From assembly GCA_038533575.1 (NCBI GenBank), contig JBCAYL010000001.1, positions 274,226 to 338,225 on the forward strand: 64,000 nucleotides of DNA, read 5' to 3'. This DNA is from Pseudomonadota bacterium (GTDB lineage: Bacteria; Pseudomonadota; Alphaproteobacteria; Rhodobacterales; Rhodobacteraceae). Position 1 is the first letter of the stretch. Each line of letters opens with the position of its first letter. Both the position numbers and the translations under genes were made by a program. The notes below the pieces were generated by a model that worked only from the letters and a program-made list of their open reading frames with translations, did no database searches and had not been told where the DNA came from. This document shows, in pieces, positions 56,011 to 64,000 of this stretch.

Positions 56011-56037
56011 CCCCTGCCGCCGGCAGGGGCTTTTTTT
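56011..56037 (+). terminator. leader terminator/attenuator upstream of metZ
   Basis: CCCCTGCC / GGCAGGGG stem followed by CTTTTTTT. It lies 25 nt before the metZ ATG and just downstream of the candidate aptamer, and no gene ends here on this strand. Confidence 0.7.
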
Positions 56038-56061
56038 GTTGCCTGAAGGAGGGCAGCACCG

Positions 56062-57228
56062 ATGGAAAAACGCACCAAGGCTGTCCACGAGGGCATCCGC
56101 CGCAGCCAATACGGAGAGGTCAGCGAAGCGATCTTTCTCACGCAGGGCTTCGTCTATGAGAGCGCCGAACACGCGGAGGCACGCTTCATCGAGAGCGGGC
56201 CGGACGAGTTCATCTACGCGCGCTATGGCAATCCGACCGTCGCCATGTTCGAAGACCGCATCGCGGCGCTTGAAGGGGCCGAGGGCGGGTTTGCCACGGC
56301 ATCCGGCATGGCGGCCGTGAATGGCGCACTCATGTCGGTGCTCAAGGCGGGCGATCATGTCGTGGCGGCACGCGCCCTATTCGGCTCCTGTCTCTACATT
56401 CTCGAAGACATCCTGCCGCGCTTCGGGGTCGAGGTGGAGTTCGTCGACGGGACCTCGCTTCCGCAATGGGAGGCTGCGATCCGGCCTGACACGCGGGTCG
56501 TCTTCTTCGAGAGCCTGTCCAATCCGGCGCTCGAAGTCATTGATATCGAGGCGGTTTCCACCCTCGCGCGCAAGGTGGGCGCGCTCGTGATGGTCGATAA
56601 CGTCTTCGCCACGCCGGTCTATTCCCGTGCCATCGCGCAAGGCGCGGACGTGGTGATCTATTCCACCACCAAGCATATCGACGGGCAGGGCCGCGCCCTG
56701 GGGGGCGTCATCCTCGGCCGCCACGAATTTTTGCAAAAATTCGTGGTCCCGTTCATGAAACATACGGGCGGGTCCATGTCGCCCTTCACCGCGTGGATGA
56801 TGCTCAAGGGGCTTGAAACGCTCGAACTGCGCGTGCGCGCCCAGACCGCCTCCGCCGAGGCGCTGGCCGACGCGCTCGCGGCGCGCCGCGATCTGGAGCG
56901 GGTGATCTATCCCGGGCACGAGAGCCACCCGCAACACGCCCTCGCCATGGCGCAGATGGGGGCGGGCGGCACACTCCTCGCGATCGATTGCGGCACGAAG
57001 GCGCGGGCCTTCAAGGTATTGAACGCGCTCGCGCTTTTCACGATCTCCAACAATCTGGGCGACGCCAAGAGCATCGTCACGCATCCGGCCACCACCACCC
57101 ACCAGCGGCTCAGCGAGGAGACGCGTCAGGCCCTCGGGATCACCGAGGGCCTCATCCGCCTCTCCGTGGGATTGGAGGACAGTGGGGACCTCATCGCCGA
57201 TCTGGGCGCGGCGCTGGACGCGGCCTGA
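56062..57228 (+). CDS. metZ: O-succinylhomoserine sulfhydrylase
   Basis: 388 aa. GAAGGAGGG RBS. RTKAVHEGIRRSQYGEVSEAIFLTQGFVYESAE and PLP-lysine block YSTTKHIDGQG, of the Cys/Met-metabolism PLP family with a MetZ-like N-terminus. Confidence 0.88.
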   Translation: MEKRTKAVHEGIRRSQYGEVSEAIFLTQGFVYESAEHAEARFIESGPDEFIYARYGNPTVAMFEDRIAALEGAEGGFATASGMAAVNGALMSVLKAGDHVVAARALFGSCLYILEDILPRFGVEVEFVDGTSLPQWEAAIRPDTRVVFFESLSNPALEVIDIEAVSTLARKVGALVMVDNVFATPVYSRAIAQGADVVIYSTTKHIDGQGRALGGVILGRHEFLQKFVVPFMKHTGGSMSPFTAWMMLKGLETLELRVRAQTASAEALADALAARRDLERVIYPGHESHPQHALAMAQMGAGGTLLAIDCGTKARAFKVLNALALFTISNNLGDAKSIVTHPATTTHQRLSEETRQALGITEGLIRLSVGLEDSGDLIADLGAALDAA

Positions 57229-57695
57229 TGCTGATCCGGCGGTTTCGCGCGGAAGATGGCGCGGGCTGCGCAGCTCTCTTCTACGAGGCCGTCCACGTGG
57301 GAGCGGCGGAGAAATACGACGCGGCCCAGCGCCGGGCCTGGGCGCCCAAGGTGCCCGATGGCGCGGCCTTTGCCGAGAGGCTCGGCGCGGAGCACTGTTT
57401 CGTGGCCCAGGATAGCGAGGCGATCCGGGGCTTCATGAGCCTGACGCCCAGAGGCTATATCGACATGGCCTTCGTGGCGCCGGACGCGCGGGGCACCGGG
57501 CTCGCAGACAAGCTATATGCTGAAATCCTGCGCGCGGCGCGGTCGACGGGGCTGACCTATCTCGCTGTCGACGCCAGCGCCTATGCGCAACCGTTTTTCA
57601 CACGCCATGGTTGGACGATCCACCGCGCCGAGGAGGTCGAGCGCGGCGGGCTGGCGATCCTGCGATATAGCATGTTCCTGGACCTCTCCGGGTGA
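57228..57695 (+). CDS. GNAT family N-acetyltransferase
   Basis: ATG 57228 overlaps the metZ stop (TGATG). 155 aa. IRRFRAEDGAGCAALFYEAV...RGTGLADKLY is the acetyl-CoA-binding pattern. Confidence 0.8.
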   Translation: MLIRRFRAEDGAGCAALFYEAVHVGAAEKYDAAQRRAWAPKVPDGAAFAERLGAEHCFVAQDSEAIRGFMSLTPRGYIDMAFVAPDARGTGLADKLYAEILRAARSTGLTYLAVDASAYAQPFFTRHGWTIHRAEEVERGGLAILRYSMFLDLSG

Positions 57696-57814
57696 TCCAC
57701 GCTCTCGCGCGGTGCGTAAATCTCAGGCAAAATGCGAACATGGCGGTTGTCATAGGACGCCGCACGCCCATCTAAGTGCTTGGCCCGCACCCGCGTTGAA
57801 AGGGGGAAATTGCC

Positions 57815-58915
<1,101 letters not shown>

Positions 58916-58980
58916 GGCGCCGGGCGTGGGGGCCTGCCCTCGCGCTCCCCAAGTTCTTCGGGAAAGGTGAAGAGACGATC

Positions 58981-59475
58981 TTGGAAGTCTTCTTTCCGTT
59001 CGAGGCCATTGGTGAGGTGGGGCGGTACACGCCCATGGGCTACACCGTGGCGTGGCTGCCGCCCGCGTTTGCCGAGGGGCTGCCGGAGCCCGCGCGGGCG
59101 CGACCGCGCGTCGTGGGAGAGCTCGGCGGCGTGAGCTTCAAGGGCGCGCTCCATCCCACATCCGACGGACGGGCCTATTTCATCTTCTCGAAGGCCATGC
59201 AGAAGGCCACCGGGCTGGGCGAGGGGGACCCGGTCCGCATCGCGTTTCGATACGATGACCCGGACGCCGTGGATGTCCCTCCCGCGCTTGCGGACGCGTT
59301 GGCCCAAGATGAAGGCGCGGGCGAGGTCTGGGCCGGGCTCACACCCGGCACGCAGCGGGGCTTTGCCCACCAAGTCGCGTCGGCCAAGACAGAGGCCACA
59401 GTGCTCAAGCGCGTGCGCGCCGTGCTGGCCGCGCTCGAAGAGCCGGATCCGAGCCCTTATCCCAAGCGGCGCTAG
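58981..59475 (+). CDS. DUF1905 + YdeI/OmpD-associated family protein
   Basis: 164 aa. GDPVRIAF (DUF1905-like end) and WAGLTPGTQRGFAHQVASAKTEATVLKRV (YdeI-like) blocks. The TTG start from the track is unverified (next ATG at 59035). Confidence 0.6.
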   Translation: MEVFFPFEAIGEVGRYTPMGYTVAWLPPAFAEGLPEPARARPRVVGELGGVSFKGALHPTSDGRAYFIFSKAMQKATGLGEGDPVRIAFRYDDPDAVDVPPALADALAQDEGAGEVWAGLTPGTQRGFAHQVASAKTEATVLKRVRAVLAALEEPDPSPYPKRR

Positions 59476-59515
59476 GAGTTGACAGGCCCGGGATGCTCCG
59501 CCACCGCTTGACCCC

Positions 59516-60964
59516 ATGATCGACGTCCGCCCGGTATCCTACGTGATCGCACTCCTCGTAGCGGCGCTCGGTGTCGTCATGCTGATCCCGGCGGGCGTGG
59601 ACTTCTTTTACGGCAATGCCCATGGCTGGGTCTTCGTACAGGCGGCGGCGTTCACCTTTCTCGTCGGGCTTTTCGTGGCGCTCGCGACCCATAACCTGAA
59701 CCGCGGCGGGCTCTCGCTGCAGGAGACCTTCCTGCTCACAACGGGCGTCTGGGTAACACTTCCCGTCTTCGGCGCCATCCCCTTCATCATCGGGGCCACA
59801 GAGGCGAGCCCCACGGACGCGTTCTTTGAGGCGATGTCAGGCCTCACCACCACCGGATCGACTGTTTTTTCAGGGCTCGACACCCTGCCGGAAGGGCTGC
59901 TCGCCTGGCGCGCGATGCTGCAATGGTTGGGGGGCGTGGGCATCATCGTCGTGGCCATGGTGTTCCTGCCGGAGCTGCGCGTGGGCGGCATGCAGATCTT
60001 CCGGTCCGAAGCCTTCGATACCATGGGCAAGATCCTCCCCCGCGCCGCCCAGATCGCCCAGCAGATCTCGGTGATCTACGTTGCGCTGACGGCGCTGTGC
60101 GCGGCGGCCTACATCGCCGCAGGGCTCGAGCTTTTCGAGGCGATCATGCACGCGCTCACCACCGTCTCCACCGGTGGCTTTTCCACGCGCGATGCCTCCT
60201 TCGGGGCGTTCGGCGCCGGTGCGCAGCTCGTGGCCGTGCTCTTCATGGTCCTCGCGGCCTTGCCATTCGTGCGCTTCGTGCAGCTCCTCAACGGGGAGCC
60301 GCGTCCGCTCTTTCAGGATCGGCAGGTCCTCGGGCTCGCCGCTGTGCTCGCCGTCGCCGTGGGTGCTATCACGGTCTGGCTGTGGCTCCGGGCAGGGCAG
60401 GTGGGCCTCGCCGCGCCCTTGGCCGCGCTCTTCAACACCACCTCGCTCATCACCGGCACGGGCTATGCGAGCGAAGATTACATGCTCTGGGGCGCGTTCC
60501 CCGTGGTCGCGCTCTTTTTCGTGGGGCTGGTGGGCGGCTGCGCGGGCTCGACGTCCTGCTCGGTCAAGATATTCCGTTACCAGCTCCTCTTCGCCTCCGT
60601 CGCCGCGCAGGTGCGGCAGATCTACAGCCCCTCGGGCATCTTCACGCCGCGCTATGACGGGCGCCCCGTGGGGCAGGACGTGATGGATTCGGTGATGTCG
60701 TTCTTCGTGGTCTTCATCGGCTCGCTCATCGTGCTGGCGATCCTTTTGTCCATGACGGGCCTCGACGCGATCACCTCTGTCTCCGGCGCGGCCTCGGCCA
60801 TCGCCAATATCGGGCCCGGCCTCGGCAGCGAGATCGGCCCGGCGGAGAATTTCGGCGGGCTGAATGACACCGCCAAGTGGCTCTTGGCCGCCGGGATGCT
60901 CCTCGGGCGGCTCGAGCTCATGGCGGTGCTCGTTCTCTTCACGCGCGCCTTCTGGAGGACGTGA
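59516..60964 (+). CDS. trkH: TrkH family potassium uptake protein
   Basis: 482 aa with ~10-12 TM segments. Selectivity-loop-like MSGLTTTGST, TVSTGGFS and ITGTGYAS motifs. Confidence 0.92.
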   Translation: MIDVRPVSYVIALLVAALGVVMLIPAGVDFFYGNAHGWVFVQAAAFTFLVGLFVALATHNLNRGGLSLQETFLLTTGVWVTLPVFGAIPFIIGATEASPTDAFFEAMSGLTTTGSTVFSGLDTLPEGLLAWRAMLQWLGGVGIIVVAMVFLPELRVGGMQIFRSEAFDTMGKILPRAAQIAQQISVIYVALTALCAAAYIAAGLELFEAIMHALTTVSTGGFSTRDASFGAFGAGAQLVAVLFMVLAALPFVRFVQLLNGEPRPLFQDRQVLGLAAVLAVAVGAITVWLWLRAGQVGLAAPLAALFNTTSLITGTGYASEDYMLWGAFPVVALFFVGLVGGCAGSTSCSVKIFRYQLLFASVAAQVRQIYSPSGIFTPRYDGRPVGQDVMDSVMSFFVVFIGSLIVLAILLSMTGLDAITSVSGAASAIANIGPGLGSEIGPAENFGGLNDTAKWLLAAGMLLGRLELMAVLVLFTRAFWRT

Positions 60965-62553
60965 TGCGAAGACCGCTCGGGGCCCAGATCTCGCACATGC
61001 TGGCGGCGCGGGGCGTCGATACGATCTTTGGCATCCCTGGGGTTCATAACCAGGAGATGTATCGCGGGATCGCGGAGGCCGGGATCACCCATGTCCTCGC
61101 GCTCCATGAGCAGGGGGCGGGCTTCATGGCGGATGGCTATGCCCGCGCGTCAGGCCGTCCGGGGGTGTGTTACGTGATCACCGGGCCGGGGCTCACGAAC
61201 GTGCTCACGCCGCTGGGGCAGGCTTACTCGGACAGTGTGCCGGTGCTGGCGATCTCCTCCTGTCTCGATGAGACGGCGGCGACGCGGGGCCAGCTTCACC
61301 AGATGAAGGACCAGCGCGCGGCGGCGGAAACGGTCTGTGACTGGTCAGAGGAAGCCCGCACCGCCGAGGCTGCCTATGCGCTCATCGACCGGGCGCTGAT
61401 GGAGTTCGACACGAGGCGCCAGAGGCCCAAGCACCTCTCGGTGCCGATCAAGCTCCTTGAGGCGGAGGCCCCGTCACCACCAGCCCGTGCGAATGACGAA
61501 CTGGCGGGGGATATTCCCCGTGATGAGCTTGCCGTGCATCGCATCGCGGAGGCGCTGAAGGCGGCCTCGCGGCCCGTGCTCATCCTCGGGGGTGGCGCGA
61601 CCATTGGGGCGAGCCTTTATCCCAAGCTGGCCGAGGCCGCGGGCGCGGCCGTCTTCATGAGCTATGCAGGGCGCGGGATCATGCCGCCGGGGCACCCGCT
61701 GTCCTTCGGGGCGACGCTCGCGCGGCCGGAGAGTGCGCGCGTGCTGGGGCAGGCGGACCTGATCGTCGTCGCCGGATGCGAGCTGGCGGAGGTCGACCTT
61801 TGGCGCACGGGTCTCGGGGCTGACACGCCCATCCTCCGCCTCGATATCGACCCGCAGGTCCTCGCCAGCCAGCAGAGGCCGCAAGATCGCGTGATCCTCG
61901 GCGATTGCTATGAAATCATGGAGGCGGTGCTCGACGCGCTTGCCGGCCATACGCCCGCGGCGGGGTGGTCGTCCGATGAGATCGCGGCCACTCGGCGCCG
62001 TTGGCGGGCGGAGGTCGACGCGGAGCGCCCGGGCATCGTGCCCGTGGCCGATGCACTCCGCGCCTGCCTGCCCGAGGGCACGATGCTCTATTCGGACATG
62101 ACGCAGTTCGCCTACGCCGCGAAGGAGGTCTGGGACATAGACCGCCCGGGTCACTGGCACCATCCCACAGGCTTCGGCACGCTGGGCTACGCGCTTCCGG
62201 CCGCCATTGGCGGGGCAGTGGCACGGAAGGGCGCGCCGACCTTGGCGATCGCAGGCGATTACGGCTTTCAATACACGCTGCAAGAGCTTGGGACGGCCGT
62301 GGAGCTCGGCCTGCCCTTGCCGATCTTTCTCTGGGACAACGGGAAGCTCAAGGAGATCGAGGACAGCATGATCGCCGCGCAGATCCCGCCCAACGCGGTC
62401 GTGGCCCGCAATCCGGATTTCGTCGCCTTGGCAAGGGCCTATGGAGCGCATGGCGTGGCACCCGAGACGCTTTCGGAGATGCAGGAGGCAGTCACCACGG
62501 CCTTCGAGGCCGATGGCCCCACTCTTATCTACGTCACGCCCGAGATCGGCTGA
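60964..62553 (+). CDS. thiamine-pyrophosphate-dependent enzyme (acetolactate-synthase-like; 5-guanidino-2-oxopentanoate decarboxylase-like)
   Basis: ATG 60964 overlaps the trkH stop (TGATG). GIPGVHNQ, HEQGAGFMADGYAR and TPP motif GDYGFQYTLQELGTAV...WDNG. Confidence 0.85.
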   Translation: MRRPLGAQISHMLAARGVDTIFGIPGVHNQEMYRGIAEAGITHVLALHEQGAGFMADGYARASGRPGVCYVITGPGLTNVLTPLGQAYSDSVPVLAISSCLDETAATRGQLHQMKDQRAAAETVCDWSEEARTAEAAYALIDRALMEFDTRRQRPKHLSVPIKLLEAEAPSPPARANDELAGDIPRDELAVHRIAEALKAASRPVLILGGGATIGASLYPKLAEAAGAAVFMSYAGRGIMPPGHPLSFGATLARPESARVLGQADLIVVAGCELAEVDLWRTGLGADTPILRLDIDPQVLASQQRPQDRVILGDCYEIMEAVLDALAGHTPAAGWSSDEIAATRRRWRAEVDAERPGIVPVADALRACLPEGTMLYSDMTQFAYAAKEVWDIDRPGHWHHPTGFGTLGYALPAAIGGAVARKGAPTLAIAGDYGFQYTLQELGTAVELGLPLPIFLWDNGKLKEIEDSMIAAQIPPNAVVARNPDFVALARAYGAHGVAPETLSEMQEAVTTAFEADGPTLIYVTPEIG

Positions 62554-62556
62554 CCG

Positions 62557-64000
62557 CTACCAGCACTCCACGAGGACGGCGATATCTGCCGCCAGCGAGC
62601 TAAGTTCGACAGGGTCGAGAACGGCGAACGCATCGACTTCCTCGATGGCCACGCCCTCCAGCGCGAGCCTGGAGCGGATGGTATCCGCATCCACGGCGAG
62701 GCGCACGGTGTCCGGCAGCACTTGGCCGTCACGCTCCGGTGCCGGACGCAGCAGGCCGAGCACGGCGCCGCCGCGGTCGAAGACGGGACCGCCGCTATCA
62801 CCCGGCTCGGCACGGAGTTTCAGGCGCTTGACGCTGTCCTCTCCGTCGAGGCCCTTGAGATCGGCGAGCTCGCCGAGTGTCAGCGTCGGCGCGCCGAGAT
62901 CGCCGCCATAGGAGAAGCCGGCCACGGCCACTTCGTCCCGCAGGCGGGGAACGGAGGATTGGAAGGTGGCATAGGCGATGGGGGAAATCGCGCGCTTCGG
63001 TTTCAGGAGGGCGAGGCCGAGATCGGCGTCCGCGAAGACGACGTCAGCATCCACGTCCGCCCCGATGCTCACGCGCTCGCAGGCGCCGAGTGTCTCGGCG
63101 GCGGTGAGCACGGTGCCCCGGCCATCGACGAAGAAGCCTGTGGCCGCCCGTTGCGGCTGTCGGATTTCGAGGCCGGCGAGCAGATCGAGGGACTGGTCCT
63201 CGCTCGGGGGCGACAGGGCAGGATCGAGTGTGCCTGGGAGCGTGCCAAAGCTCGCACGCATCTCGCTCAGCACCCGCGTCAGCCGCTTCTCATCGCCGGC
63301 AGGCCATACGAGCAGGAACCCCTTGATGGCGCCGTCTTCGTAGCGCACGTCCACGGTGGTGTGGCGGGTGGCGTCGATGCCTGTGATGGTGAAGCTGTCG
63401 CGGCGAAGTTCGCGCGGGCCGTCGGTCGGCACAGCGTCCAGCGTCTGCAGCACGTCGTAGAGCCCTTGGAACCGTGCGCGGGACCCGTCCTGCGAGATCA
63501 ACGAGAGGGCAATCCCGTCTTCGCCGGTCGCGCGGTAATGGACGAAGGGCGCCTCGAACTCATCAAACGCGATCTGCGCGCTGGGCATGAGCATCGAGAT
63601 GCCCGCTTCCGCGGCGACAACGCGCTCCATGCCGAGACCGTCGAGGATGGAGTTGTAGCTGTCGATGAGCGCGACCCGTTGCGCCGTCGTCAGGATGCCG
63701 GTGGCTTCGAACCCGTTCGCGGCCTGCCAGTTGGCCATGGAGGCCCGCGTGCCGCGCCCGAATAGGCCGTCGATCGTTGAGTTGTAGAAGCCTTCGGAGG
63801 CGAGCGCGGTCTGCAGGAGCCGCTTCTCATCGCGGCTCAGAAGCGCCTCTGCGGCACGGGCCTGTCGGGGTGTCTCGTCCGCGGGCCGGAGTTCGGGCTC
63901 CTGTTGAAGCGTTGGCGCGGGGGCCACGATGGCCGTGGTGTTTCGCAGGTCTTCGGCCCCGATGGGCCAGAACTGACGCTCGAACCGGGCGGGCTCGACG
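62557..64000 (-). CDS. peptidoglycan-binding-domain + trypsin-like (S1) domain protein, 5' end beyond the window
   Basis: PG_binding_1-like LLQTALASEGFYNSTIDGLFGRGTRASMANWQAANGF. C-terminal chymotrypsin fold with DLGLALLK and GDSGGPVF. The frame stays open from 63927 to the window edge, so it is probably N-terminally incomplete. Confidence 0.75.
   Translation of the reverse strand, partial: VEPARFERQFWPIGAEDLRNTTAIVAPAPTLQQEPELRPADETPRQARAAEALLSRDEKRLLQTALASEGFYNSTIDGLFGRGTRASMANWQAANGFEATGILTTAQRVALIDSYNSILDGLGMERVVAAEAGISMLMPSAQIAFDEFEAPFVHYRATGEDGIALSLISQDGSRARFQGLYDVLQTLDAVPTDGPRELRRDSFTITGIDATRHTTVDVRYEDGAIKGFLLVWPAGDEKRLTRVLSEMRASFGTLPGTLDPALSPPSEDQSLDLLAGLEIRQPQRAATGFFVDGRGTVLTAAETLGACERVSIGADVDADVVFADADLGLALLKPKRAISPIAYATFQSSVPRLRDEVAVAGFSYGGDLGAPTLTLGELADLKGLDGEDSVKRLKLRAEPGDSGGPVFDRGGAVLGLLRPAPERDGQVLPDTVRLAVDADTIRSRLALEGVAIEEVDAFAVLDPVELSSLAADIAVLVECW

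Noticed and set aside
55846-56358. 170-aa minus-strand ORF spanning the metZ leader and start
   Set aside because: It overlaps the riboswitch/terminator region and the metZ 5' end antisense, and has Arg/Ala/Pro-rich shadow composition.
57696-57814. Possible THF-II (folE motif) riboswitch or Zur box upstream of folE2
   Set aside because: Context makes either plausible. However, I could not find a convincing hairpin with the conserved internal loop or a clear palindromic Zur-type box by eye. It needs a cmsearch/motif scan before any claim.

Overview
High-GC (roughly mid-60s % by eye) chromosomal segment whose gene content, gene order and protein signatures look alphaproteobacterial, most likely Rhodobacteraceae. 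Coding density is high and most genes are housekeeping. About 65 protein genes are supportable. I found no rRNA, tRNA, CRISPR array, IS element, integrase or prophage signature.

Main blocks, left to right:
- A LacI-associated cluster of small enzymes (NTF2/SnoaL-like, VOC, SDR).
- Two tandem LysM + solute-binding-domain paralogs.
- A MetE-like gene plus a hydrolase pair.
- The canonical phaZ / phaC-phaP-phaR polyhydroxyalkanoate locus, with clear PhaR-type operators.
- A roughly 14.5-kb minus-strand array (14025-28537) that includes a Puu/Pau-like gamma-glutamylation amine-catabolic operon fused to a polar-amino-acid-type ABC importer, followed by TerB/DUF1330 genes, pyrG and secG.
- purA.
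- A 907-aa extremely acidic low-complexity protein.
- Thiamine pyrophosphokinase, sdaA, rpiA, gor, hflKC-degQ, fdx, purD, xseA, an orphan FdsB-like diaphorase, ftsY and yciB.
- A small secreted protein with a truncated upstream paralog.
- GST, then metZ behind a probable SAM-II riboswitch plus attenuator.
- folE2, trkH, a TPP enzyme, and a peptidoglycan-binding trypsin-like protein whose catalytic His is replaced by Glu.

I did not recognise any defence or mobile system. The most unusual items are:
- the giant polyacidic protein;
- an orphan 3' remnant of dnaE2;
- a translationally coupled small ORF inside the ABC operon;
- a GC-rich REP-like hairpin family confined to that operon;
- the duplicated and truncated small secreted protein;
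- the His-to-Glu protease homolog.

Many long ORFs in the supplied track are antisense or frame-shifted shadows typical of high-GC DNA, and I rejected them. All homology statements come from motif recognition by eye, not from database searches.
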